The notes beneath the pieces are model-generated. The model did no database searches, was not told the DNA's origin, and saw only the letters and a program-made list of their open reading frames with translations. Positions 36,521 through 44,811 of a stretch of DNA of 64,000 nucleotides are shown here, in pieces. Both the position numbers and the translations under genes were made by a program. The stretch covers positions 130,579 to 194,578 of the forward strand of contig JAXHNJ010000001.1 in NCBI GenBank assembly GCA_034520665.1, written 5' to 3'. Origin of the DNA: Patescibacteria group bacterium (GTDB taxonomy: Bacteria > Patescibacteriota > Patescibacteriia > JAXHNJ01). How positions within the stretch are numbered: the first letter of the stretch is position 1; the number at the start of each line of letters is the position of its first letter.

Positions 36521-37618
36521 ATGAGAGAAAGAGAAAAAAATATACCGGAAGATGAGATAAATAAAAAAGGTGAGGAAATTACAGAGAAAAATGAAAATTT
36601 AGAAAAAAAAGAAATAGAAGTTGATTCTAGTCAAGAAGAAAGAGAAGAAGATGAAAAAATCGAAAAAATTAGGGAAGAAATTGATAAAATAAATTATGAT
36701 CATGAAAATGAAACCCCCCAAGATATTAAAGACAAGCCCCCAGTTCAAGAATCTATTAAGCCAGAAGGCTTAGCCCAGAAATTACAAAAAGATCGCTTAA
36801 ATGTATTGGTTGAGAACGCTCGCCATATTCTAGGGGAAAAAGCCAGTAATCAAGAGGTTAAAAATTTATCAAGAGAAACATTTAGAGAATATATTAAAGC
36901 TATATTTTTTTCAGCTAAACCTAGATCAAAAGAAAAATTAATGAAACAAACTGAAATATCCGGCAAAGAAGAATTAGGCAGGGCTTTAGAAGAAAATAAT
37001 AAAGCTATTGTGGTAACTTCGCATATGGCCTATTTTCCTACCGCTATGAAAATGATTCCTGAATTAATGCCGGAAAAAACCAGAGGTAATACCTTGGTAG
37101 AGAAAAATCCACTTTGGCCTTTAATAAAAGTTGGCAAGAAAATTGGTGAACTTTTTAAAGGTGATGACCCTAAGGCTAAAAAATTTGATATGCTGGTTAA
37201 AGATTCTAAAAACCCCCGCACTCTTTTGTCAATAATAAAGCGTTTAAAGAAAGCTAGCCCTGAACAAAAAGAAATGCTTTTTATGGCTGCTGATAGAGGA
37301 GATCTTTCTCCTGATCGCCGTAAAACAAAAGTTAATTTTTTTGATACTAAAGTAAATTTTCCTACCGGTCCAGCTACTATATCTGAACATACAGACGCTC
37401 CAATATTACCGACTTATGTAGTTAGGGAAGGGGATAAATTTAAAATTAAAATTGGAGAAACAATTAAAAGAAATACTGATTTATCTTCAGAAGAGGCTAA
37501 TAATGAGATTATGCAAAAGGTAGCGGATTTTTTTGAACAAGGCATCAGAGAACATCCTGAACAATGGCCTATGTATCGCCATGATTATTGGCCTGGGCAA
37601 AAAGATTATAAAGATTAA
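36521..37618 (+). CDS. Lysophospholipid/lipid-A-type acyltransferase family protein (LpxL/HtrB-like LABLAT fold) with a charged N-terminal extension
   Basis: ...AIVVTSHMAYFPTAM... (H-containing acyltransferase motif region) and the C-terminal HPEQWPMYRHDYW resemble the LpxL-family signature (P.QW.W.H.RW). Moderate confidence. Confidence 0.45.
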   Translation: MREREKNIPEDEINKKGEEITEKNENLEKKEIEVDSSQEEREEDEKIEKIREEIDKINYDHENETPQDIKDKPPVQESIKPEGLAQKLQKDRLNVLVENARHILGEKASNQEVKNLSRETFREYIKAIFFSAKPRSKEKLMKQTEISGKEELGRALEENNKAIVVTSHMAYFPTAMKMIPELMPEKTRGNTLVEKNPLWPLIKVGKKIGELFKGDDPKAKKFDMLVKDSKNPRTLLSIIKRLKKASPEQKEMLFMAADRGDLSPDRRKTKVNFFDTKVNFPTGPATISEHTDAPILPTYVVREGDKFKIKIGETIKRNTDLSSEEANNEIMQKVADFFEQGIREHPEQWPMYRHDYWPGQKDYKD

Positions 37619-37644
37619 TAAATAATAAAATATTAATAACTTCA

Positions 37645-37900
37645 TTCCATTTCGACCCCCTCGACTCTCTCACTTTTTTGTTTGCTCGGGACAAGCCCCT
37701 CATCGGTTCGTCTTCGCTCACCGCAGGCATAGTTCGGGACAAGTCGACGCCCCCCCCCTTACCATTTCGACTAAGGTCCCGCAGGGACCGCATGGAGAAA
37801 TCCTGTTAAATTAACCATAAGGATCTCTCCGCTTCGTCGCGCTGAGCGCGACTGCGGTCGAGATGGTTTAATATTTTATACTTTATGGATTAATCTAAAA
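37645..37900. repeat. Repeat-rich intergenic region (ccatttcgac units; ataaggatctctcc...ggtcgagatgg element)
   Basis: Units recur at 38229, 38253, 38283 and 38362-38480. Confidence 0.55.
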
Positions 37901-37907
37901 ATAATTT

Positions 37908-38207
37908 ATGAAAAATAGAGTCTATTGTATATATATAATGACCAATAAGAATAATACTACCTTCTATGTTGGCTTTTCCAGCACCCTTAAAGAAAGAGTT
38001 TATACGCATAAAAAGAAATTAGTCGATGGATTTACTAAAAGATATAATTTAACTAAACTGGTTTATTATGAATGTGATGATGATTATGAAGCCGTTTTAA
38101 ACAGGGAAAAGCAAATAAAGAAATGGCGGCGTGAAAAGAAAATAGCTTTAATAAAAAATAAAAACCCTGAATTTAAAGACTTATATGATGAAATTGATAT
38201 GGAGTAA
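37908..38207 (+). CDS. GIY-YIG nuclease family small protein
   Basis: VYCIYIMTNKNNTTFYVGFSSTLKERVYTHKK...YNLTKLVYYE...REKQIKKWRREKKIALI is canonical GIY-YIG (PF01541-like). Confidence 0.8.
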   Translation: MKNRVYCIYIMTNKNNTTFYVGFSSTLKERVYTHKKKLVDGFTKRYNLTKLVYYECDDDYEAVLNREKQIKKWRREKKIALIKNKNPEFKDLYDEIDME

Positions 38208-38219
38208 ATAAGATCTCTT

Positions 38220-38520
38220 GTCCCATTCACCATTTCGACTGCTTTTTACCCCATTACCATTTCGACCGCCTTTTACCTCCTTACCATTTCGACTCCCTCG
38301 ACTCTCTCACTTTGTTCGCTCGCTCGGGACAGGCTGAGTGGAGAAAACCTTCTAAAGTAGTCATAAGGATTTCTCTGTTCGTCCTTCCCCTTCGATTATA
38401 CTCAGGGTCAGTCCTCAGTCGAGACGGTATGAGGGTTTTTATGGGGCGAGGGTTTATTAATCGCGAGGAAATCCTTATGGAAGATTCTATTACTTTTTTA
38501 TGTCATGTCAGGCCGTGGAT
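38220..38520. repeat. Tandem short repeats (ttaccatttcgac x3) plus a MITE-like element with terminal inverted repeat cataaggat...atccttatgg
   Basis: gagggtttattaatcgcgaggaaatccttatggaagat is shared with 36268-36305. ORF 38312..38527 lies wholly inside this repeat and is rejected. Confidence 0.55.
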
Positions 38521-38530
38521 TATTTAAGTA

Positions 38531-38616
38531 TTAACAAAAAAACAAATTTAGAGTAACTTAGGGTGTTATTAACTGGGTTAATAACTTGATTGACAAGATC
38601 ATCTAGTTTTTGTAAG
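38531..38616 (+). promoter_or_regulatory. Two tandem promoter modules (TTAACA...TAACTT and TTGACA...TAAGAT) upstream of surface-protein gene 38721
   Basis: The first module has the conserved aacaaatttagagtaactt core. The same two-module layout is repeated at 40544-40631. Confidence 0.5.
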
Positions 38617-38720
38617 ATAAGCTAATACTCACAAAAATAAATAAAAAAAGCTAATATTAGCAAAAACAACAACTTTATATATCTAAAGGGAGGGATTTAA
38701 AAATTAAGTTAAAAAAAATT

Positions 38721-40421
38721 ATGAGAAAAATTAATAGAAAAAATGGCTTTACCAAAGCCTTAAATCTACTTACTTTAGGGGCCCTAGTGGTCTATGCTTC
38801 CTTTTTGGGAGTGTTTTTTATGCCTCAGGAAGTTGATTCCTCAGCCAGTTATAACAGTCTTTTAGTTTTGGAAAACAAGTATAATGAGGATAGTGTAAAT
38901 CAGTGGGAATTTATTGATGATGATGGTATTAAGGGATACCTGCTTTATAATTCCTATGGGCCAGAGTTTGAGTATAGATTTGAGGCTAACGGTTTAAATG
39001 ATCAGGACTATGTTCTTATTTATTATGCCGATCCTTATCCGGGCAGTCCGGCTCTTATGATAGATGAAGGCACTGCTTCTGGTGGAAATTTGGTATTACA
39101 AGGAAGTAATAACACCGGAGATTTACCATATGATAGTGATCCCAATAAATATAATCTTGTTCCAGATAACTATGTACACCGAACTGGAGCTAAAATTTGG
39201 TTAATTCCAGCTTCTGATTATGATGCTGATAATGAAAAAACAACTATTAACTGGCATCCACATTCAGAGACAGACCTTTTATTTGAAACCGATTTAATTC
39301 ATTACACTAAAACAACAGATTTGAACAAAGAATTGATTTTAGAAAACAAAGATAGCAACTGGGATATTGTTCCCGATACTACTCAAGCCAGACTGTACTA
39401 TAATGATTATGCTGAAAAGTTTAATTATAAACTAAAGGCAAGTGGTTTAGAAATTAATCAGACTTACGCTTTGATTTATTATGCAGATCAACAGGAAAGA
39501 TTTGATAATTGGGGAGGGGATAATCCCGGTGCATTAATAACAGAAGTAATTGCAAATGAAAAAGGTAATATTACTGAAACAGGACATAAAGATTTGGGAA
39601 TGAATCTTCCAGAGGATTCAGACTGGAATAATAGTGAAGACGCTGATTATTGTAATTATCATAATGGTTATGATGATTATGACCATTGTAATGGAGCAAA
39701 GATTTGGTTAGTGCCTTCAGATGATTATAATGAGACAGACAACCAACTTACTTCTTGGAATCCGGATAATTACTTATTTGAAACAGATTTGATAACTTAT
39801 ACTAAAGCTACAGAAGATTGTCCTAATTTAAAAGAACTTTTTGAAGAGGCATATCAATCTGAAGAAGGCGATGATAGTGGGAAATATGAAGCAGTTTTAG
39901 ATTTTGATGATGATGGTAAAATTAGTTTAAGTGATTTTGGAGTTTTAGGTAATAATTTTGATAATTCTGAATGGTGTGGGGATATATTAAAAGAGTTAGA
40001 GCCAGAAAAGGGATTATCAGATGATTCAAATTTATCACCAATTTCAGAAGTTTCTAGTACTGAAGAATTAGAAAAAAATAATGATGTAAATGATAAAATA
40101 GATAGTAGTCATTCAGTTGAAATAAAACCAGTTATAAAAGAAAAGTTAGCCTCTAAAGAAAACACTCTTACTATTACCGGAAATCCTACTAATAATCTTC
40201 AAGAAGAAGAAAAAACAGCTGATCAAGTAGTTACTAGTAATGATAATTCAGTCACAAAAAATGAATCAACTGATAAAACAGTTAGTCAGACGGATGGTGA
40301 AGTGCAAGGAGCTACTGATAATAAAATTGATAATAAAGTGATTGAAACTGAAAATGAATTGCCCCAAGCTGGTACTAATTTTTTGACTTGGCTGGTTGAT
40401 TTGTTTTCATTTGGTATTTAA
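38721..40421 (+). CDS. Large secreted/surface protein with an N-terminal signal anchor, dockerin-like Ca-binding repeat, Asp/Asn-rich repeats and a C-terminal LPQAG-hydrophobic sorting-signal-like tail
   Basis: N-terminus MRKINRKNGFTKALNLLTLGALVVYASFLGVFF. DFDDDGKISLSDFGVLGNNF is a dockerin type I-like motif. C-terminus ELPQAGTNFLTWLVDLFSFGI. Confidence 0.55.
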   Translation: MRKINRKNGFTKALNLLTLGALVVYASFLGVFFMPQEVDSSASYNSLLVLENKYNEDSVNQWEFIDDDGIKGYLLYNSYGPEFEYRFEANGLNDQDYVLIYYADPYPGSPALMIDEGTASGGNLVLQGSNNTGDLPYDSDPNKYNLVPDNYVHRTGAKIWLIPASDYDADNEKTTINWHPHSETDLLFETDLIHYTKTTDLNKELILENKDSNWDIVPDTTQARLYYNDYAEKFNYKLKASGLEINQTYALIYYADQQERFDNWGGDNPGALITEVIANEKGNITETGHKDLGMNLPEDSDWNNSEDADYCNYHNGYDDYDHCNGAKIWLVPSDDYNETDNQLTSWNPDNYLFETDLITYTKATEDCPNLKELFEEAYQSEEGDDSGKYEAVLDFDDDGKISLSDFGVLGNNFDNSEWCGDILKELEPEKGLSDDSNLSPISEVSSTEELEKNNDVNDKIDSSHSVEIKPVIKEKLASKENTLTITGNPTNNLQEEEKTADQVVTSNDNSVTKNESTDKTVSQTDGEVQGATDNKIDNKVIETENELPQAGTNFLTWLVDLFSFGI

Positions 40422-40451
40422 GCATTGTAAAATTAAAGACTCAAATATAAA

Positions 40452-40479
40452 AGAGGGCTCAAAAATGAGCTCTCTTTTT
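40452..40479 (+). terminator. Putative intrinsic terminator after gene 38721..40421
   Basis: agagggctca-aaaa-tgagctctct, then ttttg. Confidence 0.45.
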
Positions 40480-40543
40480 GTCGGAATAAACCTTCTCTCT
40501 TGGCTAAAAGAGGGCTTGACCCGCCCAAATTTATTAAAATTTA

Positions 40544-40631
40544 GGCCAGGGTTGACAAAAACTCAAATTTAGAGTAACTTGAGGTGTTATTAACTTGGTT
40601 AATAACTTGATTGACAAATCTTAGCATTTTT
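40544..40631 (+). promoter_or_regulatory. Two tandem promoter modules (TTGACA-aaaactcAAATTTAGAGTAACTT and TTGACA...TAAGAT) upstream of surface-protein gene 40719
   Basis: Near-identical to the modules at 38531-38616. Confidence 0.5.
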
Positions 40632-40718
40632 TATAAGATAAATAAATGTTATAAAAACTAATATTAGCTAAAAAATAAGAATTTTATATAAATTAGTAAT
40701 TATTAATTAAAAAAAATT

Positions 40719-42683
40719 ATGAAAAAAATTAATAGAAAAAAAGGCTTGACTAAAGCCATAAATGTGCTAATCTTGGCCAGTTTAATTATCTACACCTCTT
40801 TTTTAGGGGTATTTTTTGTGCCTCGGGAAGCTGATTCACAAGTAGGCTGTTTCCCTGACTTTAATAATGATGGAGAAGTAAGTTTATCTGATTTTGGTAC
40901 ATTTGCTAATACTTATGGAAAATCTGATGGCGATGATGATTATAATTATTTAGCAGATATTAATGGTGATAAAACGGTTAGTAAAGCTGATTTCGATTAT
41001 TTTAAAAGATATTATGGCCATAAATTTATCTGCAACCAAACAACTTTGCCGGAAAATTACGTAGATATTGGTATGTGTGGAGAAGGGGAATATAATATTA
41101 ATAAAGATTATGTGAATATTGGAGATCCAGCTAGTGAAAGCGGACATGAATTGTCTGATGAATGGAGTGACGCTAATCATAGTGGTAATTATGGTGGTAG
41201 AGATGATGGGACTTTTAGAACAGTTGTTTCATCTGATAATTGTTCTGGTGGTGGTTTGCATGAGGCTAGTTTTACTTTAAATACCGGAGATGAAAAAGCC
41301 AATTCATTATTTATCAGACATCTTGATGGTCAAAGTAATCGGGATGGTTTTGAGGTTTTTATTAATGATCAATCAGTGGGTAGTCATACTGACTTAGGAG
41401 ATAGTATTGAAGAATGGCAAACTACTAAATTTGATATATCTAAATACGATTTTTCCGAAGAATTAAATGTTCAAATTAAATTAATTGATGATATTTGGAA
41501 TAGATGTTCCACCTATGGCCAATTAGCTATTTCTTGGGCGGCTTTGGATACCTGTTCAATTCCTCCGGCAGACACTGACCAAGATACGATCTTTGATGTT
41601 AGTGATAATTGTCCTAATGAATGGAACCAAGATCAGAGCGACTCTGATCAGGATGGTATAGGTGATGCTTGTGATTTAACACCTTTTGGTTATTTAACCA
41701 AAGATATGGTTAATTTAAAAAAAACAGTCAATAAACCAAAAGCCGAACTGGGCGATGCTTTAAATTACGAAGTTGATTTTAGCTATAATACGGATGAAAA
41801 AATTGAAGTTGGTGTCATCCTTGATTATCTGCCAGAAGGTTTTATAATTGATAAAGATTCAATTTCTGATGAAGGCTTATTTTTACCAAAAGATGAAACT
41901 CCTGAGGATCAGGATGTAATTGTTTGGAAATTAGAAGGAATTGAAGAAAATCATACTTTTACGGTTTCTGGTCAGGTTGATCCGGAAATTAATCTTAATG
42001 AAGGAACCTGCACCACTTTAACTAATAAAGTTGAATTATTAGAGATACCCGGACTTGAAAGTTATAATGATTTAGTAATCGGTCCGGGAGGAGAAGATCA
42101 AGGAGAGCCTATATTATTAGGCAGTGATACTGATGAAACTGAGGTTTGTGTGACTGTGCCTGAATCCGAAAAAAAAGAGCCGGTGATTGAAGAAGAATCT
42201 GCTCCGGTGCTAACTATTGATAAATCAGTGGAGAAGTCTTCAGTAGTGGCTGGTGATTCAGTAAATTATATTGTTAATATTAAAAATACTGGTTCAGACA
42301 CGGCCTTTAATGTCCGTTTAGCTGATACTTTACCGGATGGCTTTACTTATGATGATGGTTCTGACGGTTCCTGGTTTTTTGAAAATCTTGAAGCTGGTGA
42401 AGAAATGAACCATATTTATTCAGTCACGGTTAATAGTGATTTAACGGCTGGTACTTACACTAACACAGCCCAGGTTTCAGCTGATAACCACGAGGCTATT
42501 ACTGATACGGCTGATTTAACGGTTACCGAGCCGGTTTCAGAAGGAGTAGTGTTGGGAGCGGCCACCGAGGCTGGTGATGTAGCCGGAGCCGAAGATGAAT
42601 TACCCCAGGCTGGTTCTAGTATTCTTTTCTGGCTGGCTAGTTTATTGCCGTTTTTGGGTATTGTTCGTCTGAGAAAAATATAA
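40719..42683 (+). CDS. Large secreted/surface protein: N-terminal signal anchor, dockerin-like repeats, thrombospondin type 3-like Ca-binding repeats, DUF11-type repeat domain, C-terminal LPQAG plus hydrophobic plus basic tail (sortase-signal-like)
   Basis: DFNNDGEVSLSDFGTF and DINGDKTVSKADFDYF (dockerin-like). DTDQDTIFDVSDNCPNEWNQDQSDSDQDGIGDACD (TSP3-like). ...VNYIVNIKNTGSDTAFNVRLADTLPDGFTY... (DUF11-like). C-terminus ELPQAGSSILFWLASLLPFLGIVRLRKI. Confidence 0.6.
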   Translation: MKKINRKKGLTKAINVLILASLIIYTSFLGVFFVPREADSQVGCFPDFNNDGEVSLSDFGTFANTYGKSDGDDDYNYLADINGDKTVSKADFDYFKRYYGHKFICNQTTLPENYVDIGMCGEGEYNINKDYVNIGDPASESGHELSDEWSDANHSGNYGGRDDGTFRTVVSSDNCSGGGLHEASFTLNTGDEKANSLFIRHLDGQSNRDGFEVFINDQSVGSHTDLGDSIEEWQTTKFDISKYDFSEELNVQIKLIDDIWNRCSTYGQLAISWAALDTCSIPPADTDQDTIFDVSDNCPNEWNQDQSDSDQDGIGDACDLTPFGYLTKDMVNLKKTVNKPKAELGDALNYEVDFSYNTDEKIEVGVILDYLPEGFIIDKDSISDEGLFLPKDETPEDQDVIVWKLEGIEENHTFTVSGQVDPEINLNEGTCTTLTNKVELLEIPGLESYNDLVIGPGGEDQGEPILLGSDTDETEVCVTVPESEKKEPVIEEESAPVLTIDKSVEKSSVVAGDSVNYIVNIKNTGSDTAFNVRLADTLPDGFTYDDGSDGSWFFENLEAGEEMNHIYSVTVNSDLTAGTYTNTAQVSADNHEAITDTADLTVTEPVSEGVVLGAATEAGDVAGAEDELPQAGSSILFWLASLLPFLGIVRLRKI

Positions 42684-42707
42684 AAAAGTTAAAAACTTAG
42701 ATAAAAA

Positions 42708-42740
42708 GAAGGCCCTTACAAAGGGCTTTCTTTTGTTTTG
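42708..42740 (+). terminator. Rho-independent terminator after gene 40719..42683
   Basis: gaaggccctt-acaa-agggctttc followed by ttttgtttt. Confidence 0.6.
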
Positions 42741-42756
42741 GATGAATTTTAAAACA

Positions 42757-42960
42757 GTAGGTGCGGGTCGCGACCCGCACCTACGCAGGGATATTTATTA
42801 ATTTTTGTATCGCGACCCGCACCTACGGGATTGATTTTGTAATTTAAAAAATCATCGCGATCCCCGGCGGCTCACGAGCCGCCGCTACGGGGATTAATTA
42901 TATTATTTAAAAATTATCGTAACCCGCCGGTGTCAGTCGTGACCGATGCCAACAGTTTTA
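42757..42960. repeat. Array of GC-rich REP-like palindromes (74-bp unit gtaggtgcgggtcgcgacccgcacctacgcagggatatttattaatttttgtatcgcgacccgcacctacggg plus two further hairpins)
   Basis: The unit is repeated at 43183..43257 and partly at 35591..35627. Additional hairpins are ccccggcggctcacgagccgccg and cggtgtcagtcgtgaccg. Confidence 0.7.
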
Positions 42961-42964
42961 TAAA

Positions 42965-43519
42965 TTAATAATTTTTAGGATTATTGCGATCTAAATTCCA
43001 TTTAGAAGGATTAAGAATAATATATTCTCTAACATTATCTAGACTTTTTTCATTGTCAATAATTCGGTCATAAAAAGATCTTTGCCATCTAAATTCAGGA
43101 AATCCATTTTGATGGATTAATTTTGAAGAAGTTGTTTTAAAGGCGCCGATAATTTCTGTTATTGGTTTAATTTTTATTCCCCGTAGATGCGGGTCGCGAC
43201 CCGCATCTACGCAGGGATATTTATTAATTTTTGTATCGCGACCCGTACCTACGCAGGAAGAATCAATAATAATAATTCCATGAAAATGATTGGGCATAAT
43301 AATGTATTTATCCAGGCTTATATAAGAATATTGTTTTTCTAGCCATTGCCATTGTCTTTTTACTATTTTGCCGTATTTATTTAAAGACATCTTATTTTCT
43401 AATATTTTACCAAAGATATTTGTTTTTTGTTTCGTGCAAATTGTAATAAAATAATATCCCTCACTAGAATAATCATAATGAGGTAATCTCATAGATTTAT
43501 ATTTTTTATATGGTGACAT
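42965..43519 (-). CDS. REP-associated tyrosine transposase (RAYT, IS200/Y1-transposase-like) carrying an in-frame 75-bp REP insertion
   Basis: HuH motif IMPNHFHGIII and C-terminal FRWQRSFYDRIIDNEKSLDNVREYIILNP (Y1_Tnp signature). Nucleotides 43183..43257 are a near copy of the 74-bp REP unit at 42757, translated in frame as ...GTGRDTKINKYPCVDAGRDPHLRG.... Confidence 0.7.
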   Translation of the reverse strand: MSPYKKYKSMRLPHYDYSSEGYYFITICTKQKTNIFGKILENKMSLNKYGKIVKRQWQWLEKQYSYISLDKYIIMPNHFHGIIIIDSSCVGTGRDTKINKYPCVDAGRDPHLRGIKIKPITEIIGAFKTTSSKLIHQNGFPEFRWQRSFYDRIIDNEKSLDNVREYIILNPSKWNLDRNNPKNY

Positions 43520-43675
43520 TTACAAAAAACCTTTATTGTAAGCCACCAAAGAAATTTGAATGGTCGGGGTACTGGGATTTATCCGACAAAGCCTGCCTGT
43601 GGCAGACAAGGCGGATCCCCTAAAGGGGGAAACTCTTAATTTCTTATTTTTAAAAAAAATGATACTAAAATAATT

Positions 43676-43715
43676 TGGTCGGGGTAGCCTCCCTTCGGGA
43701 GACGACCTCATCGTC
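43676..43715 (-). repeat. Partial duplicate of the 3' end of tRNA-Pro (acceptor 3' strand plus the 5' side of the T-arm region, with the T-loop replaced by a ctcccgaagggag hairpin)
   Basis: tggtcggggtagcc and cgacctcatcgtc are identical to 43734-43747 and 43761-43773 of the tRNA gene. Located 18 bp from the tRNA 3' end. Confidence 0.6.
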
Positions 43716-43733
43716 ACTTGTCTGCCATGGGCT

Positions 43734-43809
43734 TGGTCGGGGTAGCCAGACTTGAACTGGCGACCTCATCGTCCCGAACGATGCGCGCTACCAACTGCGC
43801 CATACCCCG
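43734..43809 (-). tRNA. tRNA-Pro (anticodon CGG), CCA encoded
   Basis: Minus-strand sequence CGGGGTA-TG-GCGC-AGTTGGTA-GCGC-G-CATCG-TTCGGGA-CGATG-AGGTC-GCCAG-TTCAAGT-CTGGC-TACCCCG-A-CCA. Same architecture and identity elements (C1:G72, A73) as E. coli tRNA-Pro(CGG). Confidence 0.85.
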
Positions 43810-43963
43810 ACTCTGTCCATCATTTTCTAACGGGGATACCCCGTTAATCTGCCATAATATTAGCAATTTAGCCGCTCATAGTCAATTATTAATAACTTGA
43901 CCAAATTATTAAAAAACCTTATAATTTTAGTATAAAATCTATAGATAGAAAATATCTTTTTTT

Positions 43964-44668
43964 ATGAAAAATAAAATTCAGGAAAATAAAATTCCCCAGC
44001 ATATTGGCATTATTATGGACGGTAATCGGCGCTGGGCCCGATCAAGAGGCCTGCCTACTTTACAGGGTCATAAAAAGGGCTATGATAAAGTGTTAAAAGT
44101 AGGAGACTGGTGTTTGGAAGAGGGGGTTAAGATTTTAAGTGTTTATGCTTTTTCTACGGAAAATTGGAACCGCTCTAAAAAAGAAGTCGGTTATTTAATG
44201 AAACTCTTGAAAAGAGGACTAGAAACAGACATTAGAAAATTACATAAGAAAAATATTAAGGTTCAGGTTTTAGGCCGGATTAAGGAGCTATCCCAGGATT
44301 TACAAAAAGCGATTAAAGATACTATGGAATTAACCAAGAATAATACCAAGGGAGTTTTGAATATCTGTATTAATTATGGCGGCCGGGCCGAGATTATTGA
44401 TGCTATTAAAGAAATGATTAAAGATAAGATTTCTCCTATTCAGGTCACAAAAAAATTAGTGGCTAATTATCTTTATACTAAAGCCCAGCCAGATCCAGAT
44501 TTAATTATTCGCACCTCAGGTGAGCAGCGTTTATCTAATTTTCTGACCTGGCAGGCCAGTTATTCTGAGCTTTATTTTATAAAAAAACACTGGCCGGCTT
44601 TTAATAGAAAAGATTTGCAAAAAGCCATTAAAGAATATTCTAATCGTCAGAGAAGGTTTGGCGGGTAG
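43964..44668 (+). CDS. uppS: Undecaprenyl diphosphate synthase (cis-prenyltransferase)
   Basis: HIGIIMDGNRRWA...GHKKGYDKV...LSVYAFSTENWNRSKKEV...RTSGEQRLSNFLTWQ are UppS signatures. Confidence 0.9.
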   Translation: MKNKIQENKIPQHIGIIMDGNRRWARSRGLPTLQGHKKGYDKVLKVGDWCLEEGVKILSVYAFSTENWNRSKKEVGYLMKLLKRGLETDIRKLHKKNIKVQVLGRIKELSQDLQKAIKDTMELTKNNTKGVLNICINYGGRAEIIDAIKEMIKDKISPIQVTKKLVANYLYTKAQPDPDLIIRTSGEQRLSNFLTWQASYSELYFIKKHWPAFNRKDLQKAIKEYSNRQRRFGG

Positions 44669-44811
44669 AGGAAGGCACTAAAAGTAACAAAGGCTTCAGA
44701 AGTATCAAAAGAGCTTCTCAAGGAATTGAGAAGTTTTATTTTTGAGGGAAAAGGTGGTAGTATGAATTTAATGGGTCAATAATTAATTGAATTAAATAAT
44801 TCTAATAAGCT

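Noticed and set aside
38312-38527. 71-aa ORF 38312..38527
   Set aside because: It is made entirely of the MITE-like and short tandem repeat sequence also found at 36230-36310 and 37645-37870, with no RBS. It is almost certainly non-coding.
43520-43900. ORFs 43520..43717(-) and 43718..43900(+)
   Set aside because: They overlap the tRNA-Pro gene and its partial duplicate, have no RBS, and translate to low-complexity sequence.
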